Positions 1 to 14,150 of a stretch of DNA of 64,000 nt are shown here, piece after piece. This stretch comes from Mobula hypostoma. Its lineage: Eukaryota. The number at the start of each line of letters is the position of its first letter. Positions within the stretch are counted from its first letter, which is position 1. The translations under genes and the position numbers were made by a program. Location: assembly GCF_963921235.1 (NCBI RefSeq), contig NC_086108.1:92072001-92136000 (forward strand). Direction: 5' to 3'. The notes beneath the pieces are model-generated. The model saw only the letters and a list, made by a program, of their open reading frames with translations. It was not told the DNA's origin and made no database searches.

Positions 1-545
1 TCTTTCTGTGTACAGACAAATCTTGGTATGTAACAATATAAGTATGGAGGAATAGCAAGGCAAAGAATGCACTGGTCTTTATTGCAAAAGAGCTGAAGAA
101 CGAAAGCAGAGAAGGTTTACCACCATTGTACAGGGCTTTGGGGACCTCATTTGTATTTCACATAGCATGATCTCTGTACCAACAGGAGATGGTACAGAAA
201 GAAAAAAAACATGAGTCATGAAGTCACTGCAGTAGGGATTTATGAGATTGATTCAGGGGATATGGAGTGTACTATAAGTGACTATAATAGCACAGAATCA
301 CATTCAGGCCCATTACCACTGACATGTGGCATGAAATGTGTTGTTTTGAGGCAGCAGTAAAAATTAGTCTAAGTTACAAAAATAAATAAGTATAAAAAAG
401 AGGAATGATGAGGTAATATTCATGGGTTGATGGACTGTTCATGTACCTGATGCTGGAAGGGAAGAAGCCATTCCTAACATGTTGACTGTGGGACATCCTC
501 CACGATGGTAGTAACAAGAAGAGAAGACTATGTCCCGAATGGCCG

Positions 546-865
546 TCATCGTCATCATCACCATGTGCCGTGTCGTATGACATGGGCGATCATGGTCTTG
601 TGACCATGATTGTTCTTGGCAAATTTTTCTACAGAAGTGGTTTGCCATTGCCTTGTTCTGGGCAGTGTGACCCCAGTCATTATCAATACTCTTCAGAGGT
701 TGTCACATATGACCATCCACCACCTGCTCCCATGGCTTCACGTGATCCTGATCGGTGGGGGGCTGGGTGCTAAGCAAGTGCCTCACCTTGACCTGCAGGC
801 TAGAAGAGAGAAGGAGCACCTTACACATCCTTTGGTAGAGATGTATCTCCAGCCCGCCACCCTCC
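546..865 (-). mobile_element. Non-autonomous retroelement (SINE-like) with (GAT)n tail
   Basis: Similar second copy at 28077-28565; (CAT)n run at left end; interrupts an older LINE 3' fragment. Confidence 0.6.
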
Positions 866-949
866 AACCCAGATGGTCAGAGTCCTTGATAATGGATGCT
901 GCTTTCTGGAGGCACTGCCTTTTGAAGATGTTCTTAATAGAGAGGAGAT

Positions 950-3667
950 TTAAGATCATAAGACCATAACATATAGGAGCAGAAGTAGACCATTTGGCCC
1001 ATCGAGTCTGCTCCATCATTCAATCATGGGCTGATCCACTTCTTTCAGTCATCCCCACTCTCCTGCCTTCTCCCCATACCCTTTGATGCCCTGGCTAATC
1101 AAGAACCTATCTATCTCTGCCTTAAATGCACCCAATGAATTGGCCTCCACAGCCGCTCGTGGCAACAAATTCCATAGATTTACCACCCTCAGACTAAAGT
1201 AATTTCTCTACATCTCTGTTCAAAATGGACATCCTTCAATCCTGAAGTCATGCCCTCTTGTCCTAGACTCCCCTACCATGGGAAATAACTTTGCCATATC
1301 TAATCTGGTCAGGCCTTTTAACATTCAGAATGTTTCTATGAGATCCCTCCTCATTCTCCTGAGCTCCAGGGAATACAGATCAAGAGCTGCCAGACGTTCC
1401 TCATATGGTAACCCTTTCATTCCTGGAATCATTCTCGTGAATCTTCTCTGAACTCTCTCCAATGTCAGTATATCCTTTCTAAAATAAGGAGCCCAAAACT
1501 GCACACAATACTCCGTGTAGTCTCTCGAGTGCCTTATACAGCCTCAACATCACATCCCTGCTCTTATAACTGGAGGTTAACTTTTAAGGTATCCTGCACA
1601 AGGAGTCCCAAGTCCCTTTGCGTCTCTGCATTTTGAATTCTTTCCCCATCTAAGTAATAGTCTGCCCGGTTATTTCTTCCACCAAAGTGCCTGACCATAC
1701 ACTTTCTAACATTGTATTTCATTTGCCACTTCTTTGCCCATTCCCCTAAGCTATAGAAATCTCTCTGTAGGTTCTCTGTTTCTTCAACACTACCTGCTCC
1801 TCCACCTACCTTTGTATCATCGGCAAATTTAGCCACAAATCCGTTAATCCCATATTCCAAATCATTGACATACATCGTAAAAACCAGCGGTCCCAACACT
1901 GACCCCTATGGAACTCCACTGGTAACCAGCAGCCAGCCAGAGTAGGATCCCTTTATTCCCACTCTCTGTTTTCTGCCAATCAGCCAATGCTCCACCCATG
2001 CTCGTAACCCCCTTGTAATTCCATGGGCTCTTATCTTGCTAAACAGCCTCATGTGTGGCACCTTGTCAAAGGCCTTATGAAAATCCAAGTACACCACATC
2101 TACTACATCTCCTTTGTCTATCCTGCTTGTAATTTCCTCAAAAAATTTCAGTTGGTTAGTCAGGCATGATTTTCCTTTCAGGAAACCATGCTGGTTTTGG
2201 CTTATCTTGTCATGTGCCTCCAGGTATTCCGTAATCTCATCCCTAACAATTAATTCCAACAACTTCCCAATCACTGATGTCAAGCTAACTCATCTATAGT
2301 TTCCTTTCTGCTGCCTCCCACCCTTCTTAAATCTAAAGGCATCCGTTAGTCTTGCGAGACCATGGATCTGTACCTGGAAAGCCTTCACTCTCCAGGGTGC
2401 AGGCCTGGCCAAGGTTGTATGGAAGACCAGCAGCTGCCCATGCTGCAAGTCTCCCCTTTCCATGACACCAATGTTGTCCAAGGGAAGGACATTAGGATCC
2501 ATACTGCTTGGCACCAGTGTCGTCGCAGAGCAATGTGTGATTAAGTGCCTTGCTCAAGGACACAACGCGTTGCCTCGGCTGGGGCTCGAACTCACGACCT
2601 TCAGGTCGCTAGTCCGATGCCTTAACCACTTGGCCACGTGCCCCTTCTTAAATAGCGAAGTAACATTTGCAGTTTTCCATTCATCCGGTACAATGCCAGA
2701 ATCTATCGATTCTTGATAGATCATTGATAATGCCTCTGCAATCCTTCAGAACCTGAGGGTGCATTCCATCAGGTCCAAGAGATTTATCACCCTCAGGCTA
2801 TTAAGCTTCCTGAGCACCTTCTCAGTCATAATTTTCTCTGCACATACTTCTCTTCCCTTACACTCTTGAATGTCCAGTCTACTTCTTCCACTATGAAGAC
2901 TGATGCAAAATATGCACTTAGTTCCTCTGCCATCTCTGCATCTCTCATTACAATATCTCCAGCATCATTTTCTATTGGTCCTATATCAACCCTCAACTCT
3001 CTTTTACCCTTTATATTCTTAAAAATCTTTTAGTATCTTCTTTGATATTAGTCACCAGCTTCTTTTCATAATTCATCTTTTCCTTCCTAATGACCTTCAT
3101 AGTTTCCTTTTGCAAGTTTTTAAAAGCTTCCCAATCCTCTGTCTTCCCACTAGCTTTGTCTTCCTTGTGTGCCCTCTCCTTTGCTTTTACTTTGGCTCTG
3201 ACTTCACTTGTCAGCCACAGTAGTGTCCTTCTTCCATTCGAAAATTTCTTCTTATTTGGAATATATCTCTCTTGCACTTCCTTCATTTTTTGCAGAAACT
3301 CCAACCATTGCTGTCCTTCCTGCTGGTGTTCCTTTCCAGTCTACTTTGGCCAGTTCCACTCTCATGCCATTGTAATTTCCTTTATTCCACTGAAATACTG
3401 ACACATTGGAATTTAGTTTCTTCTCAAATTTCAAAGTGAACTCGATCATATTGGGATCACTGTTTCCTAAGGGTTCCTTAACCTTAAGCTCTCTTAACAC
3501 CTCCGGATCATTGCACAACATCCAATCCAGCACAGTTGATCCCCTTGTGGGCTCAACAACAAGCTGTTCTAAAAAGCCATGCCTTAGGCATTCTGCAAAT
3601 TCTCTCTCGAGGTCTGGTTTTCCCAATCCACTTTCATGTTAAAATCCCCAATGATTATCATGACGTT
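950..3667 (-). mobile_element. CR1 LINE, 5'-truncated, frameshifted ORF2 (APE C-terminus + RT)
   Basis: ORF pieces with QHGFLKGKSCLTN, VYLDFHKAFDKVPH, SGVP, KFADDTK; EPTRG..LDW..CN. Confidence 0.95.
2333..2641 (-). mobile_element. tRNA-derived SINE nested in CR1
   Basis: A box TGGCCAAGTGG, B box GTTCGAGCC; 12-bp TSD CCCTTCTTAAAT (2321-2332/2642-2653). Confidence 0.9.
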
Positions 3668-5044
3668 ATGGATTTGTACCCATAATGCAGCTGGCTGAGA
3701 CTACAAAACCTCTGCAGCCTCATTTAACCCTGCTCATTGAAGCCTCCTACATTGAAGTAGGAGGCTACTGATGTGCCTCCTTCATCAATGTGTTGAGCCG
3801 AAGATAGATCCCCTGAGATGCTGACACCAAGGGACTTGAGGTTGCTCATTCTTTCTACTGCTGGCCTCCCAGTGAGGGGAAGGTGCTTGAATAAAGTGGA
3901 CGTGGACACTCCTTGTTTTTAGCTCCTTGTGCCTCGTTTCATTTGCCTGCAATGTCTGCAAAGAGACTTTGCTGGATGTTAGGAATTCATGAAGAAAACA
4001 TAAGGCAAAAAAGGTACTGAACAATGTCAAGAAGCTGAGAAAAGCCGGCCTACTTTCAATGATGTTCAATAGGACAAGAATAGCTTTCAGAGACGTACAC
4101 GATTCTGACAGAGAGGATGCTGTGAGGCTTTTCCCTCTGCAGGAGAGCCTAGAACCAAAGAGAATAGGAAATCAAGTACTCAAAATAGAGATGAATAAAC
4201 ATTTCTTTACACATAAGTCCATATATCTTTAGAATTGTATGCAGTGTAGGGCTGTAGGTTCTCAGTCATCAACTACACACAAGCCTGAAATCAATATATT
4301 TTTGCATGCTATGGATATTGGAGGTTATAGCGAATTGACAGCAAGGTGCATTTAAGGTACAAGCGCAGCTATAATCACATTGAAAAGCAGGCTTAACCTG
4401 CTACAACCTGAAGTCCCACGCCACCAGCTTCAAGAACAGCTATTTAAATAGTTCAGCATGGACTAGATGGGCAGAAGGGCCTGTTTCTCTACTGTACTTG
4501 ACTCTATGAGTTACTTCCCTTCACCAATTTGGTTCTCGAACCAACTGGCACAACCCTAATCACTGAAGTTTATCAATGCTAGACCACTTTGATCGCTTTA
4601 TAATACAATGGACTTACATTTTTTTGTTCCAATTGTGTTCTTTTGTGTAAAACTTATGTATGATTTCTGTTTAATTTACATCTTTTCTGTGAACTCTGCT
4701 TATACGGTATACTATGTGCTTGTTATGCTGCTCCAAGTAAGTTTTTCATTGTCCCTTTGCAAACATATACTTGTGCATTTGACAATAAACTTGACTTTGA
4801 CCTGCTCCTGTTTTCATTCAGTCTCTCATGCTCTGAAGGAAGATGAATTTTAATGTTCACTGGCTACTGTGGATTGAAGGAGACCTTTTGAAACACCAGA
4901 GGAAACTTTCTGGAACACCGCTGTCAAGATTTCACCAATGCTTTCAACATTTATTCTTAAAATTCTGTGAGGTCCTTAACTAAAAGATTAAAGATTAGCT
5001 TTAGTTTGTCACTTGTACATAGAAACATACAATAAAATGCATTA

Positions 5045-5490
5045 CAACACACATAAAAGTTGATGGTGAACGCAGCAGGCCAGGCAGCATCTCTGGGAAG
5101 AGGTACAGTCAACGTTTCGGGCCGAGAATCTTTGTCAGGACTAACTGAAAGAAGAGCTAGTAAGAGATTTGAAAGTGGGAGGGGGAGGGATAGAGCTAAG
5201 AACTGGACAGTTGATTGGCAAAAGGGATATGAGAGGATCATGGGACAGGAGGCCTAGGGAGAAAGAAAAGGGGTAGGGGGGAAAAAAAGCCCAGAGGATG
5301 GGCAAGGGGTATAGTGAGAGGGACAGAGGGAGAAAAAGGAGAAAGAGAAAAAGAATATGTGTATATAAATAAATAACAGATGGGGTACGAGGGGGAGGTG
5401 GAGCATTAGCAGAAGTTTGAGAAGTCAATGTTCATGCCATCAAGTTGGAGGCTACCCAGATGGAATATAAGGTGTTGTTCCTCCAACCTG
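5045..5490 (-). mobile_element. Penelope-like element 3' portion, nested in an older SINE
   Basis: Near-identical to reverse complement of 42660-43143 apart from an internal deletion; degenerate hammerhead motif at ~5107-5143. Confidence 0.8.
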
Positions 5491-6256
5491 ATGGCATTGT
5501 TTTGTGTCAAAGACCAACACAATGCGAGGACTGTGCAGGACGGCCCACAAATGTGGCTAAGTTTCCCATACTAACATAGCATGCCAACAGCTCACTAACA
5601 CTAAACGTACCTCAACTGGACCACCTGGTTGGAACCCAAGCGGACACAAGGAAAACATAAAAACTCCTTACAGACAGCAGCAGGAACTGAACCCCGACTG
5701 ATGTGTGTTGTGCCAACCACTACACTACTGTCAAAAGAGTAAATGTCCAGAAGTCTTCAGAAGAAGTATTTTGCCTGTGGATCCCTTTTGGGAAAGAGGC
5801 GAAGAGTATACGGCTAGAGAGTCCAGTGGGAGCTACGGTATGAGAAATGGATGAGGGGGACTCTGGTGCATTCTTTATCCCACTGACTGCACCTCCTTCC
5901 GTGCGACGACTCCTTCAGAAAACAGTAGACACAAAAATCTGCAAAGGTTCGAATCTATAGGGAAGAAAACAATCTACTGGAGGAAACCAGCAGGTCAAAC
6001 AGCATGAGTGGAAGCTGAGGATAGTCAAGGTATTGGGTCAAGACCTTGCAACAGAACTTCCTGTATGTCACTCCTGATACGTTTGGTCATGACTCATGCA
6101 TATCAGCTAACATATTGTTTATCTTCAGTGGTTATGTGAGGCCCACTGATCAGAATCAGGTTTAATATCACTGGCATATGTTCTGAAATTTATTGTTATG
6201 TGGCAGCAGTACATTGCAATACATAATAATACAATCTGTAAATGACAGTAAGAAAC

Positions 6257-6299
6257 ATATACACACACACATACATATATATATATACATATATATATA
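6257..6299. repeat. (CA)n/(TA)n microsatellite
   Basis: Directly visible. Confidence 0.9.
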
Positions 6300-7242
6300 A
6301 AGTTAAATTAAATGAGTTGTCCAAAAAATGAGCAAAATGGAGTGATGTAGTGTTCATGGGTTCAATATCCATTCAGAAATCTGATGGCAGAGGGGAAGAA
6401 GCTATTCTTAAATTATTAAGCATGTGCCTTTAGGCTCCTGTAGCTCCTGTCTGATGGGTAGCAATGACAAGAGGGCACGTCCTGGGTGATGGGAGTCCTT
6501 AATGATGGATACCACCTTCTTGAGGCATCGCTCCTTGTCTTGGTCCTGGATGCTGGGGAGGCTGGAGACCCAGTGCATCTAGGACATGTTCAGGAATGTT
6601 ACATTAGGCAAATTTAAAAGTGATAATCAATGATTATGATCAAAATAATATGCTAAATTCAAATGTATGGATCTGATGTCTTATTAGCATTGCACTCAAT
6701 TTCATATTGTAAACTTATCACTAAAATAGTCCTTTTATTTTTCAAAGTTCATCTACTAAATTGGATTCATTAAATAGATAAATAAATTTGCTAAATGAAA
6801 TTGGAAAGTGGCCAAATAATTTTAAAGAGCCATGATCGGTCCCTCTGACTTCATAACCCATTCTGGCTGGCACACTCCCAGCTCCGAACTGTGCAAAATC
6901 TGCTGCTGAAGTCTGAGCTTGGCCTCAGTGGGAGAATATAGGAGGAGAATGATAGGGAGAGGCACCCAGGTAACCAATGATTCAATCACAAACAGATACA
7001 CAAGCGTCTTTGCACTGGCTCACTCAGATATGCACTAAATGGGCTGACTAAGGAGCTGTGTTGCTATTTATGCCGAAGTGCCTGCTCCTCATTCCTTCCT
7101 CTACACCCTTGCAACGTGAGCTTTCCGAGCACCATTTCCTCAGCTATTCGCACGCTTGCAGGATGTGTAAGTGGGCTATCCTTACCATGAGTTTCATTTC
7201 ATTAGAAGTCTGCATAATTTCTATGGCTATTCAGAAGACTCA

Positions 7243-7553
7243 CATGTTGGCGTGTGTCCAAGTGGTTAAGGCGTTGGTCTAGTGATCTGAAGGTCACTAG
7301 TTCGAGCCTCAGCTGAGGCAGCGTGTTGTGTCCTAGAGCAAGGCACTTAACCACACATTGCTCTGCGACGACACCAGTGCCAAGCTGTATCGGCCCTGAT
7401 GCCCTTCCTTTGGACAACATCAGTGGTGTGGAGAGAGGAGACTTGCAGCACGGGCAACTGCCGGTCATCCATACAACCTTGCTCAGGCCTGCGCCTTGGA
7501 AACCTTCCAAGGCACAAATTCATGGTCTCGTAAGACTAACAGATGCCTATTAA
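7243..7553 (+). mobile_element. tRNA-derived SINE (same family as 2333-2641)
   Basis: A/B boxes; 14-bp TSD ATTCAGAAGACTCA (7229-7242/7554-7567). Confidence 0.9.
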
Positions 7554-7621
7554 ATTCAGAAGACTCAATGAGCATTGTAGGCATACACCCTACCCAACCA
7601 GGAAGTATTACAACTCACACA

Positions 7622-8244
7622 GTGGGTCAAATGGTTGTTGTGATGCATCTAGTGTGGTAGTGTAGTGGGTAGTGCTTGTCACTCTCGCTTTCAGCTTCCA
7701 CTGCTGACTAGCAGTCTCACGAAAAGGAGAGCTGAATGCGTAAGTCTCTCCCTGCCAGTACATAGCCTTTCCAACAGCAAGCCTCATGTAGTGCCTCCTC
7801 GCTGGTGGCATACGGAAACTGAAATCCTTTTGGACTCAGAATGAGCTAGAGGATGCTGAGGAGCTCTGACCCCTTCACACGTAGCACACAGACCTATCAG
7901 GGTGTGGACATGCCTTGGTGCTCGTGAACCAGATCCCCAGCTATGGGTAAATATCCTCACTGTCTTGTGGGCCGCCTTGGACGAGACAGAGGCTACGGGA
8001 GTAAACCCAGACAGAAAATCCAGAGTGGGGCTCCTAAGGCAGCTAGACGTTACTAAAAATCCTCCTGGCTGCTCCAGCAGCCAAGCTCGTGCCAGCCATA
8101 TTGCTTCACTCTCCTTTGGACAACACCGATGAGGCCAAGGGGGGATCTTGACAAATGGGCATCTTAGGATCTCCATACCTTATGCCCAGGCTTGAAAAGA
8201 GTATTCCACTGTCCTTTGAGACAGACAGATGCCATCAAATCATC
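7622..8244 (+). mobile_element. Non-autonomous non-LTR element, possibly RTE-derived
   Basis: 12-bp TSD ACAACTCACACA (7610-7621/8245-8256); no recognisable ORF; GGGAGTAAACCC...AAAATCCAGAG motif shared with the 58040-58588 element. Confidence 0.7.
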
Positions 8245-11019
8245 ACAACTCACACAACAGAACATAGAACACAGGGCATAGAACATTCCAGCACAGTACA
8301 GGCCCTTCACCATGATGATGTGTTGACCTTTCAACCTAGTCTATTATCAATTTAACCCTTTCCTCCTACATAGCCCTCCATTTTTCTATTCACAGGATAA
8401 GCACTTGATCTATCTGAGAGTTTCTTAAATGCTCCTAATGTATCTGAAGGTAGGTGTTTATTCTCCCAATGTGCCATACTAACAGTTGCCCCAGTGTTAA
8501 TGAGACATGGTAACAGCAAGGGACATAGTTTCTCCAAGCACTTGACATGAAAAATCTCAAGATATTTAAAACCTCAAACATTGCTTTAAAATATTCCGAT
8601 GTTTTTTAGGTAGCTCTATTTAGCAAGTTTATTACTGCTGATTTAGAAAGACATTTTAACTGACATTACAGATGTGGTGGGGCATTAAAGGGTTCAAGGA
8701 TTATCTCACTTTAATTGCTCATCTTCACCTCGCACCTGATGAAGCTTTATATATTCTTGTTCTGATGTCCTGAAGGAGAGATAATGCTCACTACCATGTA
8801 ATAATTAAAGGTATTACTACTAAATTACATAGGAAGCTTTAGACCAACATTGATTCTAACGTGGTTTAAATGAAGAATTTTCTGATTCCATCTTTCTGAA
8901 TTATGCAGCTTTCAGAGAAGCCGAACCTACTTAAATTGCAGACTATTCTGGCAAATTAAAGGCAACACGATTATTGGGTATCTCTCACGTGGGATGAATG
9001 TAATCTCTCAATAACGTAAAGCTTTCCTAGAAAAAAGTCACCAGAACCTAATGTAAAACTGCGAAGGCTGGGCGAATATTATTGATAGCTTTTATCCCTT
9101 TGTGGTTTCTAAAATCATGATGGGAAACGGGACACTCTTTTAGACCGAAGCAAAAGTGATTTACTGGGATAACTTGGACATTCCAAATCAATGGCATGAA
9201 TGTTCAAAGTCAAGCCTACACTATTCTTAATTTCCCAGAAGCACAGAACAATATAACAACGAAACAGGACAAGCAATTGGCTCTATAGTACAGCAGGTCT
9301 ACAGAAAACTATTCACTAGAAGAGAGCTTTGTATGTCAAGTTAACTAGGGAGTGCTAAAATGCCATTGAGATCATGTCCATAAATCTATGTGCTACGTTA
9401 AATTATTTTAACTCCTTATCAGATCCTCCATTACAATGATTAATTTTCCAGGAAGAGCAATCCTTTTATAACCCATTTGTTCTTCTAATTCCTGGGCAGC
9501 ACAACAGTTATCTATGGTGGAATATCCTGCTGACTTGATCATAATCTATAACAATAAATTAATCAACCACCAGGCAGTGAGCATTCAGTGACAACCTGTA
9601 ATGTCTGTCAACAGTTAAAACTTCTGAAGATGATTCAGCACTACCCACTCAAATAAGTACTTGAGCACAAGAAGAAACTTCAACAGTGTAGCTGAAATAC
9701 AGAATCTTTTTTGTACTATTTGTTCCCTACATTATTGTGCTTCTCTCTCTTGCCAGTGCCACATCTGCCCTGTGACATCATAGCTTTTGAGAAATGCAAG
9801 GTTCACGGCCAAATGGTTAGATCTCACCAGCACAGCTCTATCATTTATCCGACACCTGTCCCTGTTCAACAGAGCAGAGACATGAGGCCCAATTGTTTTA
9901 GCTCACTATCCTCAGCCATGGTGATGACTGATATAAATGACAGACAGCATGTCAATCGAAAAGAAGCCTGTTTCAGCTCAATGTTGTCTGTGCCTTTAAA
10001 TCTCTGAGCCTTATCAGTAGTGTGCAAGTAGCTCATTAAGGGCAGATCAGCAACAGTCCATCTCCCAGCAGCCTCTTGTCAGTGACATCTTTCAGATACC
10101 GTAGCATGTTGCTTTTTTTCAAATGTCTTTAAACTCAATGTGTGCTGAGATTGACCTATCAGATTGTACAGAGCTGTTAATAAACGTCTGTCCCCCAGAC
10201 CAAGGCAGAAGTTATCCCAGCTCAATTTTTACACAAACAGGGTATGTTAAAGGAATGAAGAATTGTGTTATCCTTGGTAACCGTTGGTAAAACTAATAGA
10301 AAGATTTCATAGAGGAAAATGCTAATAATATGTATATATCATCTTAGTGGTTTTGCCTGAACAGTAAGGAGCCTAAAAGATGTGCTTGCTATGATAATGA
10401 GATGGAGCTGTGTTTAGAATGAGTACCAGAGGCTGACAATTCACAGTTACAGTTCAATAGCCAAGTTGTCACAATTGCTTGTTCATGGCAGGCCTAGATA
10501 TCAATGCAAATAGTTAGTGTGGAGGCAGTAGAATAAATTGGTCTCCTGTGTACGTGAAGTGTGCATGCTGTACCACAATGCCTCATTGGTGAGGCAGATG
10601 GATAATAATAAAAGCATTTCTAATTATATTTCTTGCAGTTTTTTTTGTTGTTTCCAATCTTAATGGCAGATACTTGAGAGGAAATTTTATTGTTCTTTTA
10701 CTTGTTTAGATTAATTTTGTTTCGCAGTATAGAATCAGTATTTCTACCCCCTCTGTCCTTAGTGGGTAGGGAATTGGGAAGAGAAGCTGGAATTGATGGT
10801 AAGGGCCAGTTTAACGATCTTACGTTTATTGAAGGCTAAGTTTCACTTTGTTTTAGAGAAAGCTGGTTTCTATACAAGTTCCCCTTCCCAAGCATGCCAC
10901 TGTGTTACTCGTGACCCTTCCTAATTCAGGGTCATTTTGATCTACGTTCATTCTGGGATGAATGTTACACATTGGAGAGAGTCGAACACAGAGCAGAAAC
11001 TGATTCATTTCACTGTAAA

Positions 11020-12220
11020 TGTGACACAACCGATCAACAGACGATGCCATAGCCACAAACCACAGCACTACACACCATCCTCACTCACCTGGAGAGGAGG
11101 GATGCTTATGTTAGAATGCTTTTCTTGGACTACAGTTCAGCACTCAACACCACACTTCTCCCCAGGCTGAACAATAAGCTCAGGGACCTCAGGCTGCGTC
11201 CTGCCTTATGCAACTGGATCCTAGACTTCCTGTCGGATCGCTGGCAGGTGGTGAGGATGGGATCTCTCACTTCTGCCCCTCTGACCTTCAACACACGAGC
11301 CCCACAGGGCTGTGTCCTGAGCCACCTCCTCTACTACCTATACACCCACGACTGCGTTGCTGTGCACAGCTCCAACCTGCAGATCAAATTTGCAGATGAC
11401 ACAACATTGATAGACCTTATTTCCAACAATGACGAGACAGCCTACAGAGGAGAAGTCAATGTTGAAGTCAAAGTCAAAGAACCTCTCCCTCATTGTTGAA
11501 AAAACAAAGGAGTTGATCGCGGATTACAGGAGGAATGGAGACAAGTTAACCCCTATTGACATCAATGGGACTGTAGTTGAGAGGGTGAGTAGATTCAAGT
11601 TCCTCGGTATACACATCACCAAGGATCTCACCAGAACTCTGTATACTAGCTGTATGGTGAAAAAAGCACAACAGCACCTTTTTTCACCTCAGACAACTGA
11701 AGAAGTTCGGCATGAGTCCCCAAATCCTCAGGGATTAAACAGGGGCTCCATTGACAGCATCCTAACTAGCTGTGTTACTGTCTGATACGGGACCTGCACT
11801 ATACTTAATCACAGGACTATGCAGAGAGTGGTGCCGACAGCCCAGCACACCTGTGGATGGGAACGTTCCTCTATTCAGGACATTTACAGCAACAGGTGCA
11901 TAAAAACGGTCCGAAGGATCATCAGGGACTCCAGCCACCCCGACCACAAACTGTTTCAGCTGCTACCGTCTGGCAAATGGTAACACAGCATGAAGACCAG
12001 GACCAATAGGCACGGGACCTTCTATCACCCGGCCATCAGACTGATCAATACACATTGATCTGATTGCATATCTGACTGTACATACACATACACAAAACAA
12101 TTATGCATACAAGCTTAGTGTTTGGGCAATATCCTTCTGTTCCTTATTGCTTGTACATTGCAATGGAGATGCAACATAAAGAATTTTACTGCCTTGGATA
12201 CAAGAAATAAAATAACATTC
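11020..12220 (+). mobile_element. Rex1/Babar-like (L2 group) LINE, degenerate RT and 3' end
   Basis: MLFLDYSSALNT, APQGCVLS.LLY.LYTHDC, KFADDTT, FKFLGIHIT, KKAQQ. Confidence 0.9.
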
Positions 12221-12599
12221 AAAAAATAATAAATAAACAAACAAACAAATAAATAAATAAGTTCACCTAAGCCATGGAGAATCAAGAGCTCCATATCAAC
12301 CTTCAAAACTAACCCCAACCCCAGAAGCTGACATAGCAGCCTGGTTCTGCATTACAAACAACGTCGCTGTCTTTGTGATTTACATTATTAGTCCATCAGA
12401 TATAAACCATATTGAAATTCTCAATTTCCTCACAAGCCATTGAGCTATATTTGTACACAAATGTAAATGCTGAACAGAAATAGATTTGAGTGTTAATAGC
12501 TATGTAAACCCAACTAGGTAAACTGTATGGTATCCTCAGCAGTAGAGCATTTGATGGCTCATGGCTGAACTCAATGGAGCGCAGAAGGGTGAGAGGGGA

Positions 12600-12962
12600 A
12601 AACCTCACTGAAACCTATCAAATATTGAAATATCAGGATAAAGAAGATGTTTCCTATAGTGGGAGAATCTCAGAATACAAGGGCATCCTTTTAGGACAGA
12701 GATAAGAAGGAATTTCTTTAACCAGAGGGTGGTCAATCTATGGAAATCATTGCCACGGCTGGCTTTGGAGGCCAAGTCAATGGATATATTTAAAGTGAAG
12801 ATTGATAGGTTCTCGATCATTAAGGATTTCAAAGGTTATGGGGAGAAAGCAGGGGACTGGGGTTGATGGGATAGTAAATCAATCATGCTACAATGCAGAG
12901 CAAACTTGATGGGGCAGATGACCTAATTCTGTTTCTATATTTTAGGGGATTATGGTCTTGTG
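12600..12962 (+). mobile_element. CR1 3' end fragment
   Basis: FRTEIRRNFFNQRVVNLWKSLP-like coding remnant and CR1-type 3'UTR. Confidence 0.8.
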
Positions 12963-13794
12963 GTAATGTCCTCATAAATGCAGTTACATAGCAAATTTGC
13001 AGTGCTGCAGATCCTTCTACAATACATTTTATTCTTCGCCAAAGGTCGAGTTATGGGCTATATGTGAATGCAAGTATTGATGCTCTCAGGACAGCCCAGT
13101 GTGCCCATTAGCTGATTTTGACACTGAGGAATCATGCCAACTTTAACTTTAACTAACTCACTTTCTGTAGCAAGTGTAGAGGAGCCTGGAATGCAGGCTT
13201 GATTTCAGCCCTACTCCCCCACTCTGTGGCTTTCATACTGTAGGAGGAGATAGTGTCACTGTCAAAAGGAACAAGGAATGTTGTGATCTTCCTTACTTCC
13301 TTCTAAAACTTCTATTTATTATTTTAAAATTGGAAATTGGGAATTAAAGTCTTTTAATCAGCAGTTAAGGTTAATCTGATTTTGTGATAATGAACCTGCA
13401 CCCTTAGCATCAGAAGGAAGTTATTGAATGAGTCAAAGTCTTCGTTGCAACAGTGCATTGAGGTAGTACAAGGGAGAACAACTACAGAATGCAGAATAAA
13501 GTTACAAAGAAAGAACAGTGCAGGCAGTCAGTGAGTGGCAAGGCTATAACAAATTAGATTCTAAGGTTAAGAGTCTACTTTATTTTACTAGGGAGCAATC
13601 CAATAGTCTTGTAACAATGGAATAAAAGCAGTCCTTGAGTTTGGGGGTTCATGCTTATAGGATCTTGCATCTTCTGTCCGCTGCTGGGGGAAAGAAGAGA
13701 GAATGTCCATGGTGGGTGAGTCTTTGCTTATTTTGGTTACTTCACCAGGGCAGGAAGACAGAATAAGGATCTCACAGTGTAGCAAAATGGTGAA

Positions 13795-14150
13795 TCACCA
13801 TTCTCCGTTCCTGCTTTCCTCTCTCATCATATCTTCTTACCTGCATGTCATCTCCTTCTGGGGCTCCTTCTCCTTTCCTTTCTTCCATGGTCTTCTACCT
13901 TCTCCTATCAAGCTCCCCCTCCTCCAGCACTTTATATCTTTCACCAATCGACTTCCCAGCTTTTTATTTCACCCCCTCTCCGTGACCCTGTTTCACCTAT
14001 CACCTGCCACCTCGTAATTCTTTCTCCCCTCCCCTCACCTTCTTACTCTAACTTCTAGTCCTTTTTCCCAGTCCCAATGAAGGGCCTTGGCACCATTGAT
14101 GCTGGCTGACCTGCTGAGCTCCTCCAGCATTTTGTGTGTGTTGCCGAGGA
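13795..14150 (+). mobile_element. Old Penelope-like 3' fragment
   Basis: Pyrimidine-rich tract then GATGCTG..GACCTGCTGAG..CTCCAGCATTTTGTGTG terminus shared with GIY-YIG copies. Confidence 0.65.

Noticed and set aside
7247..7320. tRNA-like sequence
   Set aside because: Head of a SINE continuing into a shared body with TSDs; not a tRNA gene
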